Of a DNA stretch of 64,000 bases, positions 38,009 to 48,127 are shown in pieces (positions within the stretch are counted from its first letter, which is position 1; every line of letters begins with the position of its first letter). A program made the position numbers and the translations under genes. Under the pieces are notes generated by a model. It did no database searches. It saw only the letters and a program-made list of their open reading frames with translations, and was not told the origin of the DNA. The stretch covers positions 77,081-141,080 of the forward strand of contig JANRKO010000011.1 in assembly GCA_033763455.1 (NCBI GenBank), given 5' to 3'. This DNA comes from Polyangiaceae bacterium. Its GTDB lineage: Bacteria; Myxococcota_A; Polyangia; Polyangiales; Polyangiaceae.

Positions 38009-38428
38009 CTATACGCGAAAGCCACTCGCTGCGAGCCACCCGGCCACACACCCCACAGCCACGCCTAGAATTGCGCACGCAACGAGCACGCCCAGAGTAC
38101 GTATGCTCGCTGGAGGCGGGACAGTCTTGGTTCGGTTATCCCGTACTCTGCAGCGCGCCCCTCGTTCGTGGCGCGGGCTTTGGCCAGGCAGTGCATCGGG
38201 CCAAGACGGGAGGCACACAGCTTGGAATTTTTGGGTCTCTATGGACAGCTCCGGGTCCACGGTCGCAGCGGGAAGCTGCACTGTTGGGAGATCTTCGGCA
38301 GCAAGCGCGGGGTGAAGTTGACAGGGAGCAGCAATGCCGAGCGGCAAGGTGGGCATTTCAAATTGCGGGCGTCGCGAGGTTTGCATGTTCTGGGCGCCCT
38401 TCGACCGAGTGCCATGCGAGTTGCGCAA
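38009..38428 (-). CDS. Hypothetical protein with C-terminal TM
   Basis: Hydrophobic C-terminus; co-oriented 9 nt upstream of next gene. Confidence 0.45.
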   Translation of the reverse strand: MRNSHGTRSKGAQNMQTSRRPQFEMPTLPLGIAAPCQLHPALAAEDLPTVQLPAATVDPELSIETQKFQAVCLPSWPDALPGQSPRHERGARCRVRDNRTKTVPPPASIRTLGVLVACAILGVAVGCVAGWLAASGFRV

Positions 38429-38665
38429 CTAGCGAAGGAGCGGAGAGCATCCCCGAACAAAGGCAAAAACCCGAAAGCTAAGTACTGTTTGGGCGAACGG
38501 GTGGCCGGGCCTGAGCCGCAAGGGGCGCCTGCCGACACCCTGTGAGCCTGGAGTTGCCCCTGGAAACAAGGCCTGGAAAAGCCCAGCTCATGCTAAAGCG
38601 GGGGCGGCCCAAGCTAACGCAGGAGCTTCCGCCCTAAGCTCCGGACCTCCTCAGTACCCCATCCA

Positions 38666-41173
38666 ATGGCAAGGCACCCCTTCATGCTTCCTTCGACCAC
38701 GCCAGAGCGCCCACCTCGTCGAACGTTCCGCCCCACCACCATGATGAGGTGGATTACTGCGTGGTTAAGCTGCAGCTTGCTTTTCCTGGCGGCCATTTCG
38801 GCTCCGAGCTGCGCGCGAACCCAGCTTTGCGATGCGCTCACGGGCGAGTGCCCGGTCATTAAAGGTGCGGTCGGAACCGGTGGTACTGGGAACGGCGGCA
38901 CTGGCGGGAACGGCAATATGGGGTGCACAACCGGCACCGCTTGCAATGGCCTGTGCGTGAACACGGCGACTGACCCCAAGAACTGCGGAGCCTGCGGCAA
39001 CGTGTGTGGCGATGGCCTTGTCTGCCAGGGCGGTACCTGCACAGGGACGTGCAACCCAGGCCTTTTGCAGTGCGGCAGTGAATGTGTGAAGGCGGATAGC
39101 GATCCCGCAAACTGCGGAGCCTGCGGCAACGTGTGCGCCACGGGTCAAAGCTGTTCGAATGGCGCGTGCAGTTGTGCCGTTGATAGTGCGTTGTGCAACG
39201 GCACGTGTCGCTCTCTCGCGAGTGATCCGAATAACTGCGGAACCTGCGGCAACGTGTGCGGGCGTGGCGCCCCATTTTGCCAACAAAATGGCTGTGTTTC
39301 TCAGTGTCAGGCGCCTTTTTCAGCCTGCGGCCTGAGCTGCGTAGATAGGCTGAGCGACCCTCTGAACTGCGGGGCTTGCGGCAACGTGTGCGGAGGGGGG
39401 CGCAGCTGCTCAGCAGGCGCTTGCGTGTGCCCTGCCGGTTTTCAAGACTGCAATGGGCAGTGTGTTGACCTCAAAGCTGATGGCGCCAACTGTGGAGTTT
39501 GCGGAAACAAGTGTGACGCCACCTCTCAGTGCCTAAACGCCAAGTGCGAATGCCAAAATGGCGGCGTTCGCTGCAACAACCTCTGCACCACCACAGCCAG
39601 CGACCCCAATAATTGCGGCGCTTGCGGCAACGTCTGCGGCAACGGCAAGGTCTGCGCGAACGGAGCGTGCCAAGATCTGTGCCCTGTGCCACTCAGCTCC
39701 TGCAACGGCAGCTGCCTCGATCTCACCTCCGATCCCGCCAACTGCGGCACCTGCGGAAACAAGTGCGCGACGGGCCAAAGCTGTGAAGGTGGGTCCTGCC
39801 GCTGCCAAGGTGGTGGCCTAGCTTGCGGCGGCGTGTGCAAAGATGGGCTGAGCGATCCTAATAACTGCGGCGCCTGTGGCAACGTCTGCGGGGCACGGCA
39901 AACGTGTTCGGGAGCGAAGTGCCAATGCGACGCAACCAGCACCGATTGCAACGGCACCTGCACCAACACGGCCGCAGATCCCAATAACTGCGGTGCTTGC
40001 GGCAAGGCTTGTGCGAATGGCCAGGTCTGCCAATTCGGACAGTGCACCACGAGCTGCACCGCGCCCCTTCAGAACTGCAGCGGCGGGTGCGTTGATCTCA
40101 CTACCGATAGTCAGAACTGCAGTGCCTGCGGCATCGCGTGTGGTGCCGGGCAAGTGTGCTCGGGCGGGAAATGCGCTTGCCCCAATGGGACCACTTCCTG
40201 CAGCGGGCAGTGCGTGAGCACCCTCACCGACCCCAATAACTGCGGAGGGTGCGGCCTTGTGTGTTCGGGGGGCAAGAGCTGCAGTGGAGGCCTCTGTGTA
40301 TGCCCAGCTGGCGCCAGCAACTGTGGCGGTGTCTGTGCTTTTACCTCAACGGATAAGGCCAATTGCGGAAGCTGCGGTGTTTCGTGCGGTGCCGCACAAT
40401 CCTGCAACGCGGGCATGTGTTCTTGCCCAGGAAGCCAGACCGCGTGCAACGGAGCCTGCGTGGACGCGCTCACGGACGCTGCCAACTGTGGCGGTTGCGG
40501 TCGCGCCTGCGGGGCTTCGCAGGAGTGCATCTCGGGGGCTTGTCGGTGCGACGCCCGCACCACATTCTGCAATGGGCAATGCTCGAATACGCGCAGCGAT
40601 CACGAAAATTGTGGAGCCTGCGGCAACGCCTGTGCTGCCAACCAAGTGTGCAGCAACGGTAATTGCCAGACGATGTGTTCTGGCAACAATGTGCAATGCA
40701 TGGCCAATTCCTGCGTGAGCTTGCGGGACGACGTGAACAACTGTGGAGCGTGCGGTGTTGCCTGCGCAAGTGGGGAGGCTTGCTTCCGCGGAACCTGCGC
40801 CTGCAGGCGAGGCCTGCAAGCTTGCAACGGTACCTGCACCGATCCCCTCAACGATCCGAATAACTGCGGAGCGTGTGGCAAGGCGTGCGGCATAGGCGCC
40901 GTGTGCAATGGCGGGACGTGCGGTTGCCCGGGCGGCTCGGTAGCGTGCGGTAACGTTTGCGCCAATCCGCTTACGGATCCATCGAACTGCGGGAGGTGTG
41001 GCAACGCGTGCCCGGCTGGGGCCTCCTGCTTGAATGGCGCGTGCGGCTGTGCAGGGGAAACGAACCTGTGCAAAGGCGCGTGCGTGAACGTGCTGCTCGA
41101 TCCACAGAACTGTGGCGGCTGCGGCAAGCCCTGCGCACCTGGACAAAGCTGCAACAACGGCTCTTGCCAGTAG
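38666..41173 (+). CDS. MXAN_6577-like (Stig1-like) Cys-rich repeat lipoprotein
   Basis: About 17 repeats of D..NCG.CG..C; signal/lipobox APSC; start may be 38741. Confidence 0.88.
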   Translation: MARHPFMLPSTTPERPPRRTFRPTTMMRWITAWLSCSLLFLAAISAPSCARTQLCDALTGECPVIKGAVGTGGTGNGGTGGNGNMGCTTGTACNGLCVNTATDPKNCGACGNVCGDGLVCQGGTCTGTCNPGLLQCGSECVKADSDPANCGACGNVCATGQSCSNGACSCAVDSALCNGTCRSLASDPNNCGTCGNVCGRGAPFCQQNGCVSQCQAPFSACGLSCVDRLSDPLNCGACGNVCGGGRSCSAGACVCPAGFQDCNGQCVDLKADGANCGVCGNKCDATSQCLNAKCECQNGGVRCNNLCTTTASDPNNCGACGNVCGNGKVCANGACQDLCPVPLSSCNGSCLDLTSDPANCGTCGNKCATGQSCEGGSCRCQGGGLACGGVCKDGLSDPNNCGACGNVCGARQTCSGAKCQCDATSTDCNGTCTNTAADPNNCGACGKACANGQVCQFGQCTTSCTAPLQNCSGGCVDLTTDSQNCSACGIACGAGQVCSGGKCACPNGTTSCSGQCVSTLTDPNNCGGCGLVCSGGKSCSGGLCVCPAGASNCGGVCAFTSTDKANCGSCGVSCGAAQSCNAGMCSCPGSQTACNGACVDALTDAANCGGCGRACGASQECISGACRCDARTTFCNGQCSNTRSDHENCGACGNACAANQVCSNGNCQTMCSGNNVQCMANSCVSLRDDVNNCGACGVACASGEACFRGTCACRRGLQACNGTCTDPLNDPNNCGACGKACGIGAVCNGGTCGCPGGSVACGNVCANPLTDPSNCGRCGNACPAGASCLNGACGCAGETNLCKGACVNVLLDPQNCGGCGKPCAPGQSCNNGSCQ

Positions 41174-41177
41174 CCGC

Positions 41178-42035
41178 TCAGTGAGCCGGCCAAGTCTTCC
41201 GCAATAGCTGCCGCAGCTTGACCCAGGATTTTTCGTCTGCAGTTTTGTCGTAAGCTATCGGCAGCTGGAACTTTTTGCCGAGCAGGGTGGCCTTTGGGTT
41301 AGTAAATGCGTGCAGCGCACCTGGGTAAACATTGACCTCTACGTCAGCGCCAGCAGCCAACATTTCTGCTTTGGCGGCGTCTACATCGGCCTGGGGTACC
41401 ATGGGATCAGCGCCGCCGGTTTCGATCAGCACCTTGCCGTGATAGCTGCCGGGGCGAGCGGGGTTTTGGGTCTTTAGCGCTCCATGAAAACTAGCAATGG
41501 CGTCCAGGGGGACCCCCATGCGCACCATGTTGAGGACTACGCCGCCACCAAAACAGTAGCCAATGGCTGCAATTTTCCCCGCGTCCAGACGCGGGTTCGA
41601 AGCCAAAACTGCGCGCCCGGCCTCGAAGCGTTGTTTGGTGATTTCAAGATCGGCAGTAGCCGCCCCTGCCAATTTTCCGGCTTCTTCGGGATTTTCGGTC
41701 GTTTTCCCGTCGCCATACATGTCGACCGCTAACGCCACATATCCGAGCTCTGCTAGCTGACGAGCACGGCTCCGCGCGTACTCATTCTGGCCCCACCATT
41801 CGTGAACGACAAGAATTCCAGGGTGTTTTCCCGCGCCCTTCGGTTCAGCAAGGAAACCCGTGAGCGCCGTGGCCCCAGCCTGGTAGCTCACCTCTTTGGT
41901 CGCGATCGCCTCGGTTGCTTTTTGAACCGGAACGTTTGCGGGCGACACGTCTTGCGCCTTGCAGGCGCCGAGCGTGAGGACACAAACAGCGAGTAGGGCA
42001 TGGGCGCGAGTGGCTTTAGATTCGAGAGTCGGCAT
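41178..42035 (-). CDS. Dienelactone hydrolase family lipoprotein
   Basis: VHEWWG, GYCFGG, SFHG, YPGALHAF. Confidence 0.92.
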   Translation of the reverse strand: MPTLESKATRAHALLAVCVLTLGACKAQDVSPANVPVQKATEAIATKEVSYQAGATALTGFLAEPKGAGKHPGILVVHEWWGQNEYARSRARQLAELGYVALAVDMYGDGKTTENPEEAGKLAGAATADLEITKQRFEAGRAVLASNPRLDAGKIAAIGYCFGGGVVLNMVRMGVPLDAIASFHGALKTQNPARPGSYHGKVLIETGGADPMVPQADVDAAKAEMLAAGADVEVNVYPGALHAFTNPKATLLGKKFQLPIAYDKTADEKSWVKLRQLLRKTWPAH

Positions 42036-42225
42036 GGGCCCGATGGTGCCATGCACTTCACCGCATGCGTTAGTCGAATGTTCCAAGCATGGCCGGCCCT
42101 CCCGGGCGAACGAACCACGCCGACCATCGCTTTGAGTGCGGCAGGGCCCCGTGCAATCGCGCTGATCTGCTCTTCGGGCGCCGGTAGACCCAACAATCAA
42201 GTTCTTCACTTTGGGTACGTACACC

Positions 42226-42417
42226 CTACTTCAGCCTGAATCGATCAAGCCAGGATCTCGAAGCGCTTACCTCCTGCTCCTTCTCGCCCACCACCGCCTC
42301 ATCGCGGCAGTGACAGCGTTCGGCTACCGGCACATCGGCAAGCACCTGTTCCACATGCGCGCCACAGCCCGCAAACGTCGGCTTTCCACATTTCTGACAG
42401 ACAACTCGGCGACACAT
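42226..42417 (-). CDS. Small Cys/His-rich protein, putative zinc-binding
   Basis: MCRRVVCQKCGKPTFAGCGAHVEQVL..VP..ERCHC; RBS GGAG upstream. Confidence 0.75.
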   Translation of the reverse strand: MCRRVVCQKCGKPTFAGCGAHVEQVLADVPVAERCHCRDEAVVGEKEQEVSASRSWLDRFRLK

Positions 42418-42433
42418 ACCATTCCGCTCCGAT

Positions 42434-42952
42434 CTACTCCGATTCGTTGTGCACTCGTGAAGAGCCCCCGCGAGCGAGCTCCAGGGCTTCCAAGTAGCTA
42501 GCACCGCGCCGTTCCGCGACAAGATCGAACGCGAGGAAAAATGCCGCATGAATTAGCAGTGCCAAAGCAATTCCCCAGAGCGTGGGCCGTGACTTTTGCG
42601 TGAGCCCAACAAACGCAGAAGCGCACAAAACGCCCACCCAAAGCAGCTCTAAGCGCGCGAAGTTTTTCTGCACTTTCGCCATACGAACGGCTTCTTGAGT
42701 CAGCGTGTTCGCCTGCTCTGAATCCAACTGTGAGAGCAGCGCTTGCACCTGTGGCCCCGTTCGCAACCACAGACCACCTCCAATCGCCACCTCCACCAAC
42801 CCCAACACGCCAAGCGCGATCGCGAAAGAGCGCAACTCGTACCGAGACTGCACGAGCACGGTTGCCGCACAGAGGCTCGCCGCTCCAACCAGGAAGGCCA
42901 AAAGAGCTCCTCCCTTTTCCCCAGCGAAATAGAGCTCTATGGCCTCGCGCAT
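42434..42952 (-). CDS. Membrane protein
   Basis: YFAGEK N-terminus, 4 TMs, D.VAERRG..Y. Confidence 0.7.
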   Translation of the reverse strand: MREAIELYFAGEKGGALLAFLVGAASLCAATVLVQSRYELRSFAIALGVLGLVEVAIGGGLWLRTGPQVQALLSQLDSEQANTLTQEAVRMAKVQKNFARLELLWVGVLCASAFVGLTQKSRPTLWGIALALLIHAAFFLAFDLVAERRGASYLEALELARGGSSRVHNESE

Positions 42953-43168
42953 CAGCACCCCTCACCCAACTGTGCCGAGCGTTCGCCGATCGCCCCCGAC
43001 TGAAGACGCATGCGACTGGGCTGAAGAAAAGCGCCGAAGACCGTTGCGGGCCCTACTCCTGAAGAACAAGGGTTGAGCCGCGGGCCGAGAGCGCCGACAC
43101 TCTGGAACTTCGGCAGTCTGGAGCGCTCAGCCAACCTTCCGACGCCGCCTACGCGCACAGAGAAAGAG

Positions 43169-43960
43169 ATGTCAAAACGATCGGCCAACAAGCGCCCCCG
43201 GAAAGGCTCATCGAACCGCCCAGCGGCGTCGACACCCAGCTCCCAACCGCAAAATCCTGGCGCGTGGAGCCTGCCAACTAACCCACCGAGCGCCATACCA
43301 AGCGCCGAAGGCAGCGCTGGCGAAGCGGATGAGCACCACGACTTTTTCCTCACAGGCGACGCTGGAAGTTATCCCGAAGGGCCCGCGAACGCCAGCTCCA
43401 AGGGTGATGACTGGCCCGAGCCGGAATCCCCTGCGGTGAGGCGCACACCGGCGATGGACGCTCGGCGTGCTCGAAACAAGAAGATCGTGTTGCGGTTGGT
43501 AGCAGGGCTTGCTGCGCTCAATTCAGTCGCGCTTCTCATCTGGTTTTCGCGCCGAACCGATGGCACCAACGGAGAAGTGGCACGCAATGTTCGAATGGAC
43601 ACACATTCGGCTGCAGCAGAAAATCGTTCCGCGCACGTGCCGATCGAGGAACGCTTGATTGCCGCCGCCGCACCCCAACTAGCTCCCGCCCCCGTTGCCA
43701 CCAAGCCTGAGGACGCAGCGCCAAAAGCAGCCTTGCCCTCGATGCAGCCGCAGGCAACGCCCCCTCCCAAGAACGTATCAAATTCCGACGCTGCGCCTAA
43801 GACATCCATGACGGCAGCCTCAGAGAAACCTGCAACTGTCACGAAGAAACCATCCGTGCAGCGCCCCCATGTCGCCGCCCCCGCAAGCGCACCCCGCCCG
43901 AGCGCCGCACCGGTTACGCCAAGCGGGCCTCGGCCGACCGCTGCCTTTCCTCTACTCTGA
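43169..43960 (+). CDS. Single-TM Pro/Ala-rich hypothetical protein
   Basis: Central TM; low-complexity flanks; ends PTAAFP. Confidence 0.6.
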   Translation: MSKRSANKRPRKGSSNRPAASTPSSQPQNPGAWSLPTNPPSAIPSAEGSAGEADEHHDFFLTGDAGSYPEGPANASSKGDDWPEPESPAVRRTPAMDARRARNKKIVLRLVAGLAALNSVALLIWFSRRTDGTNGEVARNVRMDTHSAAAENRSAHVPIEERLIAAAAPQLAPAPVATKPEDAAPKAALPSMQPQATPPPKNVSNSDAAPKTSMTAASEKPATVTKKPSVQRPHVAAPASAPRPSAAPVTPSGPRPTAAFPLL

Positions 43961-43982
43961 CCGCACGCCCGCGCGCCGTCAC

Positions 43983-45389
43983 TCAAACGTACAGCGAAGT
44001 GAGCGGTCCGTTGACGTTCACCGAACCAACGGTGTTGATGTCTGTTAAGCCCATGTATTGAATCATAGACACAAGCAAACGGGCGTTATCGCGACCAGCC
44101 TCAACTTCGTCGCCATCAGACTTCCCCTTTAAGTAGCAACCGGTCTTGAACGTCCCTTGTCCGTTGCCGAATAACACAGCGGGCACGGATTTGGTGATGT
44201 GGGGGTCCCCATTGCCCTCGGCGCCACCGAGCTCAGACAACCAAAGCACCATCGTAGAATCCATGAGCGGAAGGCCCATCGCATCCTTGGTGGACTTCAA
44301 CTTGTCGATCAGCAACGCAATCTGCTCAGCGTAAGTGTTAGTGAAAATGCGCAAAGCAGTGGTCTTCTCGTTGGAGGGGTCCTGATGGCTCCAAGGGTGG
44401 TGTGCTGGGCCTGAATCTCCGGAATCCACCACCGAGGAGCTGGGCACCCCGTACTTTTTGGGCAACTGGTTGCGCGCAGCTTGGCAACCGATTTGAAATG
44501 CAATGAGGTGTGAAAATTCACACGCCAGCGTGAGTGCCATGAGCTCGTTGAAAGATGAAGTCTGCAGGTCCCGCTGTTCCGGATCTTGCCAATCGATATC
44601 CGCTGGCATTGCGGGGCGAGCACAGGTTCCCGGCGTCGGTGCGGAACCATTCAGATTCCCTTCCATACTTCGCAAGGTGGTGCAGTGTTCGTCCAAGAGC
44701 TGGGTGCCCTCGGCACCAAGTGCACCTTGTAAAGCCGTACAATCGGACACGACAAAATCGAGCACGCTCTTTTCGCGCGAGGATGCAGCCATTGCCGCAG
44801 GGCTTACGTCAGGGCCTGCAAAATTGGCAAAAACCTGTTGCCACGCCTTCTGCGGGCTAAGCTCTGGCTCGATGTTGCGGCCCGGGCCCGTAGCAAAAGC
44901 ATCACCCGTACCACCTGTCTGGAAGTTCACCGTGTTGCCCCAGACGAGGGATCGGATCATTCCCGCGCGGCCTTCGGCCTCAAGTCGCTTGGCGATGACT
45001 TGGTCGATTGTTTCTCCGTTTTGGGCGTATTGATCCCCGTTGGCGCCAGCGCCAAACCCACTGTATGTCTGTCCACCAAGGGCGTGGCCTGTTCCCTCCA
45101 CCGTACCGTGACCCGTAACGGCCATGTGAGACATAAAGGTGCCCACATCTTTGTGCCGCTCGAGCGGCTTCCACCAATCATGGAAGGTGAAGGCCGTTTC
45201 CGTGCCCGAAGCTGGGCCCGTTGCCGTGATTGGACCATTGGGTGAAAATACCAAAATCAACCGCCGGGGCGAGGCTGCCGTTTGCGCCTGGGCTTCAAGC
45301 CTTCGCATCAAGGGAGCCAAGAGGGTAACGAGAGCCGTGTTGCGCAGAAGATTTCGACGCGAAAGGAGACGATTCAAAGGGGACTTCAT
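43983..45389 (-). CDS. DUF1552 domain protein (Tat signal)
   Basis: SRRNLL Tat motif, RLILVFSPNG, SVLDFV, HHPWSH, LMDSTMVLWLSE. Confidence 0.82.
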   Translation of the reverse strand: MKSPLNRLLSRRNLLRNTALVTLLAPLMRRLEAQAQTAASPRRLILVFSPNGPITATGPASGTETAFTFHDWWKPLERHKDVGTFMSHMAVTGHGTVEGTGHALGGQTYSGFGAGANGDQYAQNGETIDQVIAKRLEAEGRAGMIRSLVWGNTVNFQTGGTGDAFATGPGRNIEPELSPQKAWQQVFANFAGPDVSPAAMAASSREKSVLDFVVSDCTALQGALGAEGTQLLDEHCTTLRSMEGNLNGSAPTPGTCARPAMPADIDWQDPEQRDLQTSSFNELMALTLACEFSHLIAFQIGCQAARNQLPKKYGVPSSSVVDSGDSGPAHHPWSHQDPSNEKTTALRIFTNTYAEQIALLIDKLKSTKDAMGLPLMDSTMVLWLSELGGAEGNGDPHITKSVPAVLFGNGQGTFKTGCYLKGKSDGDEVEAGRDNARLLVSMIQYMGLTDINTVGSVNVNGPLTSLYV

Positions 45390-47140
45390 GGTGACACCGT
45401 GCCCACGTTGATAAACTCGGGAGCCGAGACAATAGCTTTCAAAATGGCTGGCACATTGCCTCCATTCTTTCTGACCTGTGCGTCGAGAGCGGTCACAAGC
45501 GGCACATCCGACGCCGTGAGCCCGCGCCCGAGCGACCACTCAAGCGCCGCCTGAGCGAAGCAGCCTTGCACCTGCGGGCTGGTGGCCAAAGCTCGAACCA
45601 ACTCAGCTGGGGACTGAAAGGAGATCATGGTGCCGTTACTCGTGCTCGTGGTGCCCGAGAGATCCCAAGGCTTACCCGTAGGATCTTTGGACACCCAGCG
45701 CCCAACCGGATCGAACGCCATGAACGAGAAACCAAGGGGCGCGAACTGCGCGTGGCAGGAGCTGCAAACCGGCGCAGAGGTTTTGAACTCCAAGCTCTGC
45801 CGCATGCTGAGCCCGGCAGGCTCGCCCTGCTTGGTCATGTTCGTAGCGCCAGCGGGCGGAGGCGCAACTTTCTCGCACAAAAGAGCCTCCCTCAAGAATG
45901 CCCCTAGCTGAAACGGCGAGGACCCATTCTCCTTCGTGTGCGAAGAGATAACCTGGGGATGCATCAGAAGCCCAATGCGCTCGTAGGCACTCACGTCGCC
46001 GGTGGCGACCCCCGTACTCTGGGACTGATCGGTTACTTGCTTCAAGACCGGATCTGTTACGTACCCTTTGCCAGTAAGAAGATTGCCCACGGTGGGGTCC
46101 GCACTGGCCAGTACGACGTCGATGAAGCCATCCGCATCGGCACGCATATCAGCTGGGAAGGTGGCACTCACACCCGTCAAATAAGCCGTCGATTTTTGCG
46201 ACAACTTAGATTCATTAGCACCCAACCACTCATGAATGAACACGCTGAGAGCGCGCTTGCCGTCCACCGTTTGGGAAAGGCGTTCAAATTGCCTCACGCG
46301 CTCGGCACCATCGTTTAGGCTGCCGTTGTTCGCAGCCGTGAGAAGCGGCGCATCGGGCGGCCCAAGGCTCGCAAAGAAGCTGAGCTTGGCCGCAAGCTCG
46401 TTCGGCAGAAGTACGCGCCTGGTGGGTGTGCCCGCCAAAGGTGCACCAACTTCGGTACGGTAGAGGAACGACGGCGCGAAGAACAGCGCCGTAAGCACGC
46501 CTTCGACGGCTCCGGTATCCATCCCGGCGGTTCCGTCCGCGTCGGCAACGATCGCCTTATACTTGGCCGCTTCATCCGCACGGGGCGCGCGCCGGAGCAC
46601 GCGCGTTGCAAACGACTGAGCCCAGCTCGCCAGACAATCGCGCTGAGCTTGCCCCGATTGTTTGCAACCACTCTGCGTGAGCAATGCGGGCGCTGTTTTG
46701 CCAGCGAAAGCCTTCACAACTGGATAGAGCTTCCCAACCTCGGTGGCGATGAAGCTGAGCCCTGTGGTCCGCAAGAGGTGGTGCCCCGAGCGCATCTCGG
46801 CGGGGAGATCCGCACGGGCTGGAGCCTGCCCCGTGAGACCCTTCATGGTGGTGAGCAGTTCATCACGGCTTAGCCTTCGCAATGACGACGCCTGACCGTT
46901 GAAATCGACAGGCCAGGCCGCATTAACCATTGGCTGGGCGGTAGGGCCAGCGGGTCCCGTGGGTCCACCAGGGCCAGGCGAACCACCTTTGGCAGCAGTG
47001 CCCCGTGGCACTTCAGCGCCGCAGGCACCGCTCAGCGCAGCGGCAAGCACCAGTACGAACTTCGGTGAGTGCCAACGCCGGACGCCGGGTCGCCGCAGCC
47101 AAGCCTCCTCCTGCGACGAGAGAACTTTGCGAACTGTCAT
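45386..47140 (-). CDS. DUF1592/DUF1588 (PSD/PSCyt) lipoprotein with CxxCH
   Basis: LRRLS.DE, PSFLYRTE, ELAAKLSF, CSSCH..F.PLGF. Confidence 0.82.
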   Translation of the reverse strand: MTVRKVLSSQEEAWLRRPGVRRWHSPKFVLVLAAALSGACGAEVPRGTAAKGGSPGPGGPTGPAGPTAQPMVNAAWPVDFNGQASSLRRLSRDELLTTMKGLTGQAPARADLPAEMRSGHHLLRTTGLSFIATEVGKLYPVVKAFAGKTAPALLTQSGCKQSGQAQRDCLASWAQSFATRVLRRAPRADEAAKYKAIVADADGTAGMDTGAVEGVLTALFFAPSFLYRTEVGAPLAGTPTRRVLLPNELAAKLSFFASLGPPDAPLLTAANNGSLNDGAERVRQFERLSQTVDGKRALSVFIHEWLGANESKLSQKSTAYLTGVSATFPADMRADADGFIDVVLASADPTVGNLLTGKGYVTDPVLKQVTDQSQSTGVATGDVSAYERIGLLMHPQVISSHTKENGSSPFQLGAFLREALLCEKVAPPPAGATNMTKQGEPAGLSMRQSLEFKTSAPVCSSCHAQFAPLGFSFMAFDPVGRWVSKDPTGKPWDLSGTTSTSNGTMISFQSPAELVRALATSPQVQGCFAQAALEWSLGRGLTASDVPLVTALDAQVRKNGGNVPAILKAIVSAPEFINVGTVSP

Positions 47141-47396
47141 ATCGACTTCAAGTATACACTCGAGAGTGTGCGCAGCGAGCGCCACAAGTAGCAAAAACCG
47201 CAGTGGGTGCTGGTCGCTCCCGAAATTCAGCGCTCAGGGTGAAGTATTCCAGCAATTGTGCCCGATCCTCAGCAATTTTCCCACAAACAATGAGAAGGGA
47301 ATTTTCTATTGTTTGCTTTCTTATCAGATGTTAATCTGTGATTTATACTGGTATTGCCGAGTTACTGGGGGCGAGAAGTGGCCAATTTGGCGAGAA

Positions 47397-48002
47397 TTAG
47401 CAGCGAATGCCCGAAATTGGCTTCGGGCAGATCTTCTTCATCCCGCAGCCCGCACACGGCTTGCCCGACCAAATCGAATCAAACAGCGCCTGCACCGAAT
47501 CCAGCAGATAGGAGTCTTCCGTCAGGATCCCTAGCTCAAAATTCCGACGGTCGGGCGCACGCGCTCCCATGCCGGCACCCGTTAAGTTCGCGCTCCCAAG
47601 ATAAAGCGCCGCACCATCGATAATGACGGCCTTCAAATGCACCCGCGGACAACAGCGGAGCCACTGATTGCGATCACCCAAGCTCTTGTGGCGCCGAAGC
47701 TCCGCAAGGAAGGGGCGCGACGGAACGGCTGCGTGCAATATGCGGACATCAACCCCCTTCACTCTGAGATCGTCCAGGGTTTCAAGTATGGAAAGGAAGC
47801 GACCACTGGCACGAGCGCGAGTTCCTACGGGCGCCTCCACTCGCAAATCCTTGAGGTTCGCCGTCGCGATCCAGACAGCCACCTCCGCCTTAGCCAACCT
47901 CAGAATAACATCGGTATAATGCTGCTCACCGCTCACCAGGCTGAGCTCCGCACGCCGACGGCGTGGAACCTCGGGCTGGGGCAAGTGGATCTTGCGAGCC
48001 AT
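47397..48002 (-). CDS. Phospholipase D (single HKD) family protein
   Basis: HLKAVIID...GSANLT; C-terminal CxxC...C. Confidence 0.85.
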   Translation of the reverse strand: MARKIHLPQPEVPRRRRAELSLVSGEQHYTDVILRLAKAEVAVWIATANLKDLRVEAPVGTRARASGRFLSILETLDDLRVKGVDVRILHAAVPSRPFLAELRRHKSLGDRNQWLRCCPRVHLKAVIIDGAALYLGSANLTGAGMGARAPDRRNFELGILTEDSYLLDSVQALFDSIWSGKPCAGCGMKKICPKPISGIRC

Positions 48003-48127
48003 GTGTTAGACGCTACGCGCCTTCGCTGTAAGCCGCAACGCGCAAACGCAGACTTGTAAGGACGACTAGCGTGGCGTACTCACCATGAGAGGCGCCCGTA
48101 GGCTCCACACTGAACACACCCTAGCTC

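Noticed and set aside
38455..38540. Possible c-di-GMP-I riboswitch (GGCAAA..GAAA..CTGCCG)
   Set aside because: The stem around GAAA does not pair and the conserved GACGCAAA junction is missing
38900..41173. CRISPR-like or non-coding tandem array
   Set aside because: Repeats are in-frame protein repeats with synonymous variation; no identical repeats with unique spacers and no cas genes
38614..41193. Several antisense ORFs over the Cys-rich gene
   Set aside because: Shadow frames of repetitive GC-rich codons (PQAPQ patterns)
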